The notes beneath the pieces were generated by a model, which was not told the origin of the DNA, did no database searches, and saw only the letters and a list, made by a program, of their open reading frames with translations. The position numbers and the translations under genes were made by a program. Source: a virus (lineage: Duplodnaviria > Heunggongvirae > Uroviricota > Caudoviricetes). From it: 41,340 nt of DNA. Where the stretch lies: IMG/VR virus record IMGVR_UViG_2778261227_000005, positions 1 to 41,340 of that record, one strand, 5' to 3'. Positions 18,473 through 27,055 of the stretch are shown piece after piece. The stretch's first letter is position 1. Each line of letters opens with the position of its first letter.

Positions 18473-18967
18473 ATGGATACAAACGCTTTATTAACAGCTC
18501 TTGGCTATATCAGCAGTACTGCTCAGAAAATAATAAAAGAGCGTGATCAAATAAAACAGGCCGCTTTGACCAGTGAATTACAGAGTAAAATTATTGAAGC
18601 ACAGGGGCAGTTCTTTGAGGTAACGAGCAAGCTAGGAGAACAGCAAAAAACCATTACCAATCTGGAAGAGAAAATTCGCTCTCTGGAAGACCTTCTTAAC
18701 TTTCGCGGTAATTATAAACTGACGTTACTGAGTGAAGAAAAAGGCTTCTATGCTTATCGTTATACGGGAAACGATGAAACTGAACATTATATTTGCCAGA
18801 CTTGTTTTGATTCCAAAAACCTGAAAAGTATCCTGCGTATACGGAAAGACAGTTTTTGCATGTGTCCGGTTTGTGGTCAAAACAGTGCTGTATGGTTGAA
18901 AGGAGAGCCAAATCCAGTTCGTATCAGGTCTCGTAAGAGGGATGACTTCTATGATGGTTTTATCTAG
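18473..18967 (+). CDS. Coiled-coil protein with C-terminal zinc ribbon (~164 aa), unknown function
   Basis: AT-rich ORF; Cys cluster CQTCF ... CMCPVCG; predicted coiled coil in the N-terminal half. Start at ATG 18473 (track ORF begins at 18446). Confidence 0.6.
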   Translation: MDTNALLTALGYISSTAQKIIKERDQIKQAALTSELQSKIIEAQGQFFEVTSKLGEQQKTITNLEEKIRSLEDLLNFRGNYKLTLLSEEKGFYAYRYTGNDETEHYICQTCFDSKNLKSILRIRKDSFCMCPVCGQNSAVWLKGEPNPVRIRSRKRDDFYDGFI

Positions 18968-18993
18968 TTGTTATCCACGGTTTTATACAAGTA

Positions 18994-19029
18994 ATCCTGT
19001 GGGTGGTGTGTTTTTATCATCCACAGGAT
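18994..19029. terminator. Inverted repeat ATCCTGTGG...CCACAGGAT with T-rich loop between convergent genes; candidate bidirectional terminator
   Basis: 9-bp perfect arms at 18994-19002 and 19021-19029; loop contains tgtttttat. Confidence 0.35.
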
Positions 19030-19042
19030 ACCGATAATATTT

Positions 19043-19468
19043 TTACTTTTCTGTAGATTTAATAACCTTACATAATTCCATTAAAACCAGCTCCTGATCG
19101 TATAATACGAACAATGCAGCAATTGCGGCATGTACAGCATCGGGCAGTATCCAGGGGTTCTTGCCTTCGGGACATATAACTTCCAGCAGTGCATTCGTCA
19201 GGCAAATGCGCTCTTCACTATATGATAGAGTTACCCGCTCAGTGTATTCTTCCAGTCGGATAATTGTACCTGCCCGTGGTTTCTGCCATGTGCTCAGATC
19301 ATCCCCACTCATACGGCGCTCATTCTCCACGTCAGCAGCATCGACAATGACGCTGTTTCCGGGTTCCTGTTTCACCATCTCTTCTATCCGCGCCAGTACG
19401 TAACTTTTACCGCTGCCCACAGGACCGGACACGGTGACAGTGATGACCGGATTCAGTGTCTGCGTCAT
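19043..19468 (-). CDS. Small P-loop protein (141 aa), unknown function
   Basis: Walker A VSGPVGSGKSY near the N-terminus; no other motif recognised; convergent with the zinc-ribbon gene. Confidence 0.6.
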   Translation of the reverse strand: MTQTLNPVITVTVSGPVGSGKSYVLARIEEMVKQEPGNSVIVDAADVENERRMSGDDLSTWQKPRAGTIIRLEEYTERVTLSYSEERICLTNALLEVICPEGKNPWILPDAVHAAIAALFVLYDQELVLMELCKVIKSTEK

Positions 19469-19598
19469 ATCGTATTCTCCTCTGTGAATAATTCATCGTT
19501 TATCCTGCACATCCCGTATCCCCGGCTCTCTTAACGCGCTTTAAAATCCTTTGCGCCCTGTATTTGTGATGCTGTCTCCACCAAACGAGGAGACACAC

Positions 19599-19949
19599 AT
19601 GAAAAACCTGAAAAAATTCATTCCCCCTGTTAAAAAACCTCGCCTCAGCGGCTGGCTGCTGACCTCAGTGCTGTTGCTGGGTACCATCGCTCTGGTCTCG
19701 CCACAGCAGTTGCCTGTTGTGATCTACAAGCTGGCACTCATCACGCTGGCAGCAGTGCTGGGTTACTGGCTTGACCGTTCGCTCTTCCCCAAAGCCCGTC
19801 CCGGCCAGTACCTGAAACATGACGACAGGCTGATGGCTGAAGGGCGTTTCCCGGTACAGACCGGCCTTCACCTGGTGTTTTCTGCTGCGTTAATCCGCCG
19901 TGCACTGATTGTTGCAGCGGTCTGCCTGGCTGTGGCAACAGGACTGTGA
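19599..19949 (+). CDS. Membrane protein, putative holin or lysis-associated protein
   Basis: GAGGAG RBS 7 nt before ATG 19599; hydrophobic segments (WLLTSVLLLGTIALV, LALITLAAVLGYWL, LIVAAVCLAVATGL); stop overlaps the endolysin start (ATGA). Confidence 0.55.
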   Translation: MKNLKKFIPPVKKPRLSGWLLTSVLLLGTIALVSPQQLPVVIYKLALITLAAVLGYWLDRSLFPKARPGQYLKHDDRLMAEGRFPVQTGLHLVFSAALIRRALIVAAVCLAVATGL

Positions 19950-20680
19950 CCATGAACTGGCCTCAAATCACCCTCATTATTCTGTTCGCCTTTGGTCTGG
20001 GCGTAACCGCCATCAGACACGGAGAACCACGTAACGATAAATACAGCTTCTGGTGGCAGCTTGCTGGCAACCTGGTGATTGTCTGGCTGCTCTGGTGTGG
20101 CGGCTTTTTCAGCCAGGCATGCGCAGCGCAGCCCCCGCAGGCTGCGCTGCAGTATCGCGATGATGTGATCCGTAATGCCCGGCTTGAATGGGGACTGTCT
20201 GCGCCGGTGGCCGATTTCGCCGCGCAACTGCATCAGGAAAGCGGCTGGCGACCTGATGCGGTCTCGCCGGCTGGCGCTCAGGGACTGGCGCAGTTCATGC
20301 CTGCCACTGCCGACTGGATAAGCCAGTTGATACCGATGCTGAGCAGTCGTGAGCCGTTTAATCCGGCATGGGCTATCCGGGCGCTGGTCAGCTATGACCG
20401 CTGGCTGTGGCAGCGTGTCAGCGCCGCCAACGACTGCGAGCGTATGGCCATGACACTGTCGGGCTATAACGGTGGTCTGGGCTGGGTACAACGGGACAGG
20501 CGGCTTGCATCACAGAAAGGTCTGGACAGCACCCGCTGGTTCGGACATGTCGCCACGGTGAATGCCGGACGCAATGCGGCCAGCTGGCGAGAGAACCGCC
20601 ATTATCCGCAGCGCATCCTGCGCGAACTGGCACCGCGATATCTCACATGGGGAGGCAGCAGTTGTGTGGCATCTGGTTAA
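19946..20680 (+). CDS. Endolysin, lytic transglycosylase (SLT domain) with N-terminal hydrophobic anchor
   Basis: HQESGWRPDAVSPAGAQGLAQFMPATADW contains the SLT catalytic-Glu motif; N-terminal ITLIILFAFGLGVTAI is hydrophobic. Confidence 0.8.
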   Translation: MTMNWPQITLIILFAFGLGVTAIRHGEPRNDKYSFWWQLAGNLVIVWLLWCGGFFSQACAAQPPQAALQYRDDVIRNARLEWGLSAPVADFAAQLHQESGWRPDAVSPAGAQGLAQFMPATADWISQLIPMLSSREPFNPAWAIRALVSYDRWLWQRVSAANDCERMAMTLSGYNGGLGWVQRDRRLASQKGLDSTRWFGHVATVNAGRNAASWRENRHYPQRILRELAPRYLTWGGSSCVASG

Positions 20681-21314
20681 AAAGCTGCCGTGGCGCGGCA
20701 TTCTGCTGGCCATTCTTATCAATGCCTTTCTGGTCGGCCTGTATGCCATGGGATACAGAAGTGGTCATGACTCTGCAAAGCGTGACGGTGATACCGCGCT
20801 CAGTCAGTTGCAGTCAGCATTTGACGCGTACAAAACGGAGCAGGCAACGCTTGAGAATGCTGCGCTGCGGGCCTGGGCCAGACGGTATCAGGAGCAGGTG
20901 GCCGCCGGGCAGCGGGCTGAAGCCGGTTATCTTGAGCAGATTGCTCAACTGGAGAGCCGGAACAAACAACTACAGGGGCAAATTAACGATGTCACACAGC
21001 GCTGGATTGATGAAAAAGGTAAGAGCCATCCCATTGAGTGCGTGTTTACTCGCGGTTTCGTGCGCCAGTACAACGCCGCACTCGGATATGACAACGCATC
21101 CGTCGACACCGGTCATTCAGACTCAGTTGCCGCCGCTGGCACCCGCTCTGGCACAGCGACCGGGCAACCTGAAACCACTGACACCCGGTTACGCGATTCA
21201 GGTGTCTCCCAGCGTGACGTTCTCGCCAACATCATCGACAACGCAGGACAATGTCGTCGCTGGCGGAACCAGATAAACGCGTTACTGGATGAACGGGAAG
21301 GATTACAGAAATGA
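20664..21314 (+). CDS. Rz-like i-spanin (N-terminal TM, coiled-coil periplasmic domain)
   Basis: GTG 20664 preceded by GGGGAGG; ILLAILINAFLVGLYAM TM segment then a long helical region; contains an embedded +1-frame lipoprotein ORF. Confidence 0.6.
   Translation: MWHLVKKLPWRGILLAILINAFLVGLYAMGYRSGHDSAKRDGDTALSQLQSAFDAYKTEQATLENAALRAWARRYQEQVAAGQRAEAGYLEQIAQLESRNKQLQGQINDVTQRWIDEKGKSHPIECVFTRGFVRQYNAALGYDNASVDTGHSDSVAAAGTRSGTATGQPETTDTRLRDSGVSQRDVLANIIDNAGQCRRWRNQINALLDEREGLQK
21010..21276 (+). CDS. Rz1-like o-spanin lipoprotein embedded in the i-spanin gene
   Basis: MKKVRAIPLSACLLAVSC|ASTTP gives a signal peptide with an AVSC lipobox, followed by a Pro-rich mature region; entirely inside the Rz-like gene in another frame. 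Confidence 0.5.
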   Translation: MKKVRAIPLSACLLAVSCASTTPHSDMTTHPSTPVIQTQLPPLAPALAQRPGNLKPLTPGYAIQVSPSVTFSPTSSTTQDNVVAGGTR

Positions 21315-21637
21315 CACTGCAGGTTGAATTCTGGACGGTGGTGAGTTTTCTGCTCACCTTCATGGGGTTTGTGGGAGGGCTCGCCAAATGGTTGTTCAGT
21401 AAAACAGAAGAACGCCAGGCGGCACGATTCGCCTCCCTTGAACAGGCCCTGCAACAATCCGCCTCCAACTGGGGCGAGCTGGAAAAAGAATTTATGCGAT
21501 TTAAAGCGGATTTACCGCTGAATTATGTCCGTCGAGAGGATTATATCCGTGGCCAGACAGTCATTGAGGCCAAACTGGACGCGCTTTATAACAAACTGGA
21601 AGTGGTACAGCAGTACCGCAATACCGGAGGTCAATAA
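21311..21637 (+). CDS. Small membrane protein (108 aa), late region
   Basis: N-terminal TM FWTVVSFLLTFMGFVGGLAKWLF; start overlaps the spanin stop. Confidence 0.6.
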   Translation: MTLQVEFWTVVSFLLTFMGFVGGLAKWLFSKTEERQAARFASLEQALQQSASNWGELEKEFMRFKADLPLNYVRREDYIRGQTVIEAKLDALYNKLEVVQQYRNTGGQ

Positions 21638-21948
21638 TGGTCGATATTACCCGGGTACGCCGCGAATCCCTGCGCTGGAGTCTGCTGGTTGCCCTGAACA
21701 AGACCCGCCCTTACACCGCCAGCGAGACGCTGCTGCTGGATGTGTCCCGTGCCATCTACCCGGACACCACACCGCTGGAACTGCGCCGCGAACTGGATTA
21801 TCTGGCTGACCGTAAAATGGTTGATCTGGAGAAAAAACCTTCTGGCGACTGGTTTGCTGACCTGACCCGCCTCGGCGTAGACCTGGTGGAATACACCGTG
21901 GAATGTGGTCCGGGTATTGCCCGCCCGGAAAAGTACTGGAGTGAATAA
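21637..21948 (+). CDS. Hypothetical late protein (103 aa)
   Basis: ORF with ATGA-type coupling to its neighbours on the late strand. Confidence 0.55.
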   Translation: MVDITRVRRESLRWSLLVALNKTRPYTASETLLLDVSRAIYPDTTPLELRRELDYLADRKMVDLEKKPSGDWFADLTRLGVDLVEYTVECGPGIARPEKYWSE

Positions 21949-22493
21949 TGGCCAGACGCAGCACAATAGAAAAGCTGCCGGAAGACGTGCGCCGCTGGCT
22001 TGAACGGGCGCTGACTGAATCCGGCTTCAGCGGGTATAACGAGCTGGAGTCCCTGCTGCGTGAGCGGGGGTACGTCATCAGCAAATCCGCTATCCATCGC
22101 TATGGACAGAAGATTGAGCGCCGCTATGGTGCTATCCGTGCGGCAACAGAAGCGGCCCGCATGCTGACCGAAGGCGCAGCAGACGATCAGGATGCGCGTT
22201 CGGAGGCTGTGATAGCCCTTATTCAGACCGAGCTGTTCGAGAGTATTGTCCAGTTGCAGGAGGCGGAAGAAGGCGAAGTCGATCCTAAAGAACGCGTGGC
22301 CCTGCTGTCGAAGGTGGCGAAGAATGTGGCTACGCTGTCCCGCGCGTCCGTCAACCTCAAAAAGTTCCAGTCTGAAGTACGGGCCAGAGCGCAGCAGGCA
22401 GCCAGCAACGCCGAGAAAATTGCCCGTAAGGGGGGACTGTCAAGCGACGCAGTACAGGCGCTTCGTCGCGAGATTCTGGGGATTGCCACATGA
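21948..22493 (+). CDS. Mu gp27-like DNA-binding protein (putative small terminase subunit)
   Basis: 181 aa; basic N-terminus MARRSTIEKLPEDVRRWLERAL; immediately upstream of the large terminase, as in Mu. Confidence 0.7.
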   Translation: MARRSTIEKLPEDVRRWLERALTESGFSGYNELESLLRERGYVISKSAIHRYGQKIERRYGAIRAATEAARMLTEGAADDQDARSEAVIALIQTELFESIVQLQEAEEGEVDPKERVALLSKVAKNVATLSRASVNLKKFQSEVRARAQQAASNAEKIARKGGLSSDAVQALRREILGIAT

Positions 22494-24085
22494 CAAAATC
22501 ATCCGGAGTGATTTTAAACGCCGCTGGCGGCGGCCCCGAAGGGATGAGTCCCATGGACGGGAGGAATAACCTTGCTCCCGTTTTGCCTGATACCTCGGCG
22601 CTGGATGCCCCTCCCGTTCTGTTGCCTTACCAGCAGCGCTGGGTGGCAGACACCTCTCCGCTTAAGGTGATAGAAAAGAGCCGTCGTACCGGTATTACAT
22701 GGGCTGAGGCATCCGATAACGTACTGACCGCCGCCTCTTCTGCGCCAGCAGGCGGGATGAATGTGTATTACATCGCTTATAACCAGGACATGACCGTCGA
22801 ATACATTCAGGCGTGTGCGATGTGGGCACGGGCATTCAACTATGCGGCCAGTGAAATTGAAGAAGGATTCTGGGAAGAGGACGACGACGACAAACACATC
22901 AAGACTTACACCATCAAATTTCCTGACTCCGGCTTTCGTATTGTTGCGCTCTCCAGCCGCCCGTCTAACCTGCGTGGCCGTCAGGGTATTATTGTTATCG
23001 ACGAAGCGGCGTTCCATGAGCAACTGGACGAACTGCTGAAAGCGGCGCTGGCGATGCTTATCTGGGGGGGAAAGGTACGCGTTATCTCCACCCATAACGG
23101 TGACGACAATCCGTTCAATACGCTTATCGGGGATATCCGTGCCGGACGTCAGGGAGGCAGCATACATCGCATCACTTTCCGGGAAGCCGTATCTGAGGGG
23201 CTGTTCCGGCGCGTCTGTCTGCGCACCGGGAAGGAATGGTCGGAGGCATCCGAGCAGGCCTGGATGGCATCGGTGTACAAATTCTACGGTGCCGGCGCAT
23301 CCGAAGAGCTTGACTGTATTCCGGCCAACGGCGGCGGTGCCTGGCTGTCCCGTGCCCTGATAGAGTCCCGCATGTCCGCTGATACGCCGGTATTGCGTCT
23401 GACCTGCAAGGAAGGTTATGAACTGCTGTCTGATGAGGTTCGCTTCCGCGAGACGCAGGACTGGCTTGATGAGTATCTGAAACCATTGCTGGAGGCACTC
23501 CCCACTGATGCCCGCTCTTTCCTGGGGCGCGACTTTGGCCGTAGCGGTGATTTGTCGGTGGACTATCCCCTGCTGCAGGAGAAGAACCTGGTACGACGCG
23601 TGCCATTCGTACTGGAGCTGCGTAACGTGCCGTTCAGACAGCAGGAGCAAATCACCTGGTATCTGATGGATGGCCTGCCCGGTCTGCTGGGTGCAGCGTT
23701 TGATGCCCGTGGTAATGGTGCCTATCTGGCTGAATACGCCATGCAGCGCTACGGCTCCAGCCGGGTTCAGCAGGTGATGCCAACTGAAGGCTGGTACCGG
23801 GAGCATATGCCTCCGGTCAAAGCTGCACTGGAAGACGGTAACCTGGTGGACTTACCAAAGGATGAAGACACACTGGATGACCTGCGGGCCGTTCAGGTGG
23901 TGAACGGTGTCCCCCGCGTGCCGGAACAACGCTCAAAAGCAAAGGCTGACGGTGGTAAACGCCACGGGGATTCAGCCATCGCACTGGCGCTGGCGTATTT
24001 CGCCAGCCGTGAAATTAACAAAGGGCCGGTGAAGGCAAGCTCACGCTGTCGTCGTCAGGCGGCCCGTATGCTGGAGGGATTCTGA
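22490..24085 (+). CDS. Terminase large subunit (Mu gp28-like)
   Basis: 531 aa; position between the gp27-like and portal genes; acidic-patch ATPase/nuclease architecture typical of Mu-type TerL. Confidence 0.8.
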   Translation: MTKSSGVILNAAGGGPEGMSPMDGRNNLAPVLPDTSALDAPPVLLPYQQRWVADTSPLKVIEKSRRTGITWAEASDNVLTAASSAPAGGMNVYYIAYNQDMTVEYIQACAMWARAFNYAASEIEEGFWEEDDDDKHIKTYTIKFPDSGFRIVALSSRPSNLRGRQGIIVIDEAAFHEQLDELLKAALAMLIWGGKVRVISTHNGDDNPFNTLIGDIRAGRQGGSIHRITFREAVSEGLFRRVCLRTGKEWSEASEQAWMASVYKFYGAGASEELDCIPANGGGAWLSRALIESRMSADTPVLRLTCKEGYELLSDEVRFRETQDWLDEYLKPLLEALPTDARSFLGRDFGRSGDLSVDYPLLQEKNLVRRVPFVLELRNVPFRQQEQITWYLMDGLPGLLGAAFDARGNGAYLAEYAMQRYGSSRVQQVMPTEGWYREHMPPVKAALEDGNLVDLPKDEDTLDDLRAVQVVNGVPRVPEQRSKAKADGGKRHGDSAIALALAYFASREINKGPVKASSRCRRQAARMLEGF

Positions 24086-25578
24086 TGGCAAGGGGTATCT
24101 GGGTTTCACCCGATGAATTTGTTGCTTTTTCTGAGCCTCAGAAATCACTGACCGCGCAGATTGCCTCCCGCAGCCGCGCGATCGACTTTTACGGACTGGG
24201 CATGTATCTGCCCAATCCTGATCCCATTCTCAAGGCTCAGGGACGGGATATCCGTATCTACCGCGAACTGCGCACCGACCCGCTGGTTGGGGGCTGTATC
24301 CGCAGACGTAAAGCAGCGCTCAAATCACTGGAGCGTGGACTGGAGCGCGGTCACGCTTCTGCCCGGGTCTTCCGTTTCATCCGCGACATGCTCGACGATC
24401 TGGATCTGTCCCGCATCATCGGTGAGATGAGTGATGCCGTGCTCTACGGGTATCAGCCCTGTGAAATCATGTGGGGCCGTTCGGTCAGGGCGTGGGCAGT
24501 GACGGATATTGTCGGCAAACCGCCTGAGTGGTTTCAGTTTGATACGGACAACTGCCTGCGCTTCCGGGCACGTGATGCGGGTGTGGAGGGTGAGCTGCTG
24601 TCACCGTCAAAATTCGTGGTGCCGGCACAGGATGCCTCGTATGACAATCCTTACGGTTTCCCGGACCTGTCCATGTGCTTCTGGCCGGTCGCCTTCAAGA
24701 AAGGCGGGATGAAATTCTGGCTCCGCTTTGCCGAAAAGTTTGGCTCCCCGTGGGTGATCGGTAAGCACCCGAGGGGTGCAAATGATGCAGAGATTGAAAA
24801 ACTGCTGGACTCCATGGAGCAGATGGTGGAGGACGCGGTGGCCGCCATCCCCGATGACAGCAGCATCGAACTCAAAGCCGCGGATGGTAAGGCGGACAGC
24901 AGCGAGGTATTCCGCGAGCTGATCACACTGTCACGCAGTGAGATCTCCATTGCATTACTTGGTCAGAATCAGACCACGGAAGCGAACAGTAACAAGGCCT
25001 CTGCACAGGCCGGGCTGGAGGTAACGGCTGATATCCGCGATGCGGATGCGGACATCATTCAGGCAGCAGTGAATCAGGTTATCAGAACGGTGGTCACCCT
25101 GAACTTCGGCGATGTGCCGTGTCCGGTCTGGGCCATGTGGGAACAGGAGACCATTGATGACACCCGCGCCACCCGCGACGAAAAACTCACCCGCGCGGGA
25201 CTGCGCCTGACCCCGCAGTACTTCATGCGGGAGTACCAGCTGCAGGAGGGGGATATTGACCTCTCTGATGCACCGGTTGCGGACGGGGCAGTGCCTGCGG
25301 AATTTGCCGAGGCGATAAGCGCCGATCATGATGCACAACAGCAGCTTGACGACGCGCTGGACATTCTGATGAACGGAGGTGTGTTAAATGGCACGCTGGA
25401 ACCCGTCCTGGCACCTCTGTTTAAGCGGGTCGAAAATGGGGTTAACCCGTCTGAGCTGCTGGGCGAACTGGCGGAGCTCTACCCTCAGATGAACACGGAC
25501 GATCTGCAGGAACGGTTGGCCCGCATTCTCTTTGTGGTAAATATCTGGGGGCGTCTGCATGAGCGTGACAACGGCTGA
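24085..25578 (+). CDS. Portal protein (Mu gp29-like, DUF935)
   Basis: 497 aa, directly follows the terminase and precedes the F-like gene. Confidence 0.8.
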   Translation: MARGIWVSPDEFVAFSEPQKSLTAQIASRSRAIDFYGLGMYLPNPDPILKAQGRDIRIYRELRTDPLVGGCIRRRKAALKSLERGLERGHASARVFRFIRDMLDDLDLSRIIGEMSDAVLYGYQPCEIMWGRSVRAWAVTDIVGKPPEWFQFDTDNCLRFRARDAGVEGELLSPSKFVVPAQDASYDNPYGFPDLSMCFWPVAFKKGGMKFWLRFAEKFGSPWVIGKHPRGANDAEIEKLLDSMEQMVEDAVAAIPDDSSIELKAADGKADSSEVFRELITLSRSEISIALLGQNQTTEANSNKASAQAGLEVTADIRDADADIIQAAVNQVIRTVVTLNFGDVPCPVWAMWEQETIDDTRATRDEKLTRAGLRLTPQYFMREYQLQEGDIDLSDAPVADGAVPAEFAEAISADHDAQQQLDDALDILMNGGVLNGTLEPVLAPLFKRVENGVNPSELLGELAELYPQMNTDDLQERLARILFVVNIWGRLHERDNG

Positions 25579-26380
25579 ACTGGCGTACTGCATGACGCTT
25601 CCCCCGAAGCGGGCAATCAGCTACCTGAAGTCCAAAGGGTATCAGATTACCTGGGACTGGGAAGAAATGTGGCAGGAAGCCCATGCCCGCGCCTTTACCG
25701 TCGCTAAAGTGACCCGCCTGGATATCCTGGAAGATATTCGTGGGGCACTGCAGCAGGCTGTCGATGAAGGAAAAACCGATCGCTGGTTCCGACAGGAGCT
25801 GGAGCCGGCGCTGAAGCGCAAGGGATGGTGGGGACCGCGTGACACGGCTGACCCGGTAACGGGTGAGCCGGTCACCATTCAGCAGGGCAGTCCGTGGCGG
25901 CTCGATACCATCTTTCGCACCAATATGTCCGTACTCTACAGCGCCGGTCGTTGGGCGGAACAGATGGAAAACGTCGACGACAGGCCGTACTGGATGTATA
26001 CCGGCATCAACGACAGCCATACCCGCAGGAGCCATCTGGCGCTGCATGGTCTGGTGCTGCGCTGGGATGACCCGTTCTGGCAGGCATTTTACCCGCCGAA
26101 CGGCTGGCGCTGCCGCTGTAGTGTGATTGCCCTGAGTGCGGCGGATGTCCGTGCCCGTGGCCTGAAGGTTATCAGCTCCGGCTCTGCCATGGGCCAGGAA
26201 CTGAAACTGGTCTCAGAGAAAACCGGCGAAATGCGGAACGTGGCCACCTTTAATACCGGCACCACGAAGGTGACCACCGACGTCGGCTGGTCTTATGCAC
26301 CGGGGGCAGCATACCGTCCCGACCTGGCCTGCTATCAGGGTACGCTTCAGCCACTGGCACAACAGGAACTGAGAGGATAA
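25559..26380 (+). CDS. Head morphogenesis protein (Mu F-like)
   Basis: 273 aa; RSHLALHGLVLRWDDPFW...NGWRCRC region typical of Mu F / minor head proteins. Confidence 0.75.
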   Translation: MSVTTAELAYCMTLPPKRAISYLKSKGYQITWDWEEMWQEAHARAFTVAKVTRLDILEDIRGALQQAVDEGKTDRWFRQELEPALKRKGWWGPRDTADPVTGEPVTIQQGSPWRLDTIFRTNMSVLYSAGRWAEQMENVDDRPYWMYTGINDSHTRRSHLALHGLVLRWDDPFWQAFYPPNGWRCRCSVIALSAADVRARGLKVISSGSAMGQELKLVSEKTGEMRNVATFNTGTTKVTTDVGWSYAPGAAYRPDLACYQGTLQPLAQQELRG

Positions 26381-26382
26381 CA

Positions 26383-26841
26383 ATGGCTTCCGATAACCTG
26401 GTCAGTATCACCATTAACGATAAATCCCTGCGCCGGAGCCTCCGTGCGCTGGATCTTGCTGCCACAGACCTGGAGCCCGCGATGCGCAAAATCGCCGGAA
26501 CCCTGCTGGCGGAAACACAGTTTAATTTTCTTGATGAGGGGCGTCCGGGGTGGATGCCCTCGCTGGCAGCGGAAGAACGTGACGGGCAGACACTACAGGA
26601 TACCGGGCGTCTGATGGGGTCAGTATCAACCGACCATGACGACCGGCAGGCTGTTGTGGGGACCAACGTTGTTTACGGTGCCATTCACCAGTTCGGGGGT
26701 AAAACGGGGCGTAATGAGTCTGTTGAACTTCCGGCCCGCCCGTTCCTGCCGGTGACGGGGGATGGAGAACTACAGCCTGAAGTGGTAATCCCCATCCTCG
26801 ATACCATTGTCCGCCATCTTGAATCAGCGGCCCGTCGCTGA
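26383..26841 (+). CDS. Virion morphogenesis protein (Mu G-like)
   Basis: 152 aa; position and size match Mu G. Confidence 0.65.
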   Translation: MASDNLVSITINDKSLRRSLRALDLAATDLEPAMRKIAGTLLAETQFNFLDEGRPGWMPSLAAEERDGQTLQDTGRLMGSVSTDHDDRQAVVGTNVVYGAIHQFGGKTGRNESVELPARPFLPVTGDGELQPEVVIPILDTIVRHLESAARR

Positions 26842-26887
26842 GTTTTCTCTCTTCAGGCGGGTGATTTATCATTGCCAGCGAATGAGG

Positions 26888-26928
26888 GGCTGTATTACCT
26901 TTATAAAGGCTTTACAGCCTCTGTTTTA
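26888..26928 (+). terminator. Compound hairpin plus T-tract after the G-like gene; candidate intrinsic terminator
   Basis: Outer stem GGCTGTA/TACAGCC enclosing inner palindrome CCTTTATAAAGG, followed by tctgttttata. Confidence 0.4.
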
Positions 26929-27055
26929 TAACCGCCTCCGGTTCACCGCATTGCTTTCCCTGTCCTTCTCCCCTGATGTTTTCTAAAGCAGATTAAAATC
27001 GCCGGGCCTGCATTTCTCACAAACTGTCTCCGACAACATAACGCGGGACAGCAAA

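Noticed and set aside
19043-19468. Small P-loop protein as the Mu C-type late activator
   Set aside because: Size is similar to Mu C, but the protein has a Walker A motif and no HTH, and it is on the opposite strand to the late genes.
20647-21276. Full 209-aa +1-frame ORF inside the spanin gene
   Set aside because: Only the distal part from ATG 21010 has a signal peptide and lipobox; the upstream 121 codons are Cys/Arg/Trp-rich shadow sequence.
20562-21314. Upstream ATG 20562 as the start of the Rz-like gene (250 aa)
   Set aside because: It would overlap the endolysin by ~120 nt with no RBS; GTG 20664 has a GGGGAGG RBS and starts directly at the TM segment.
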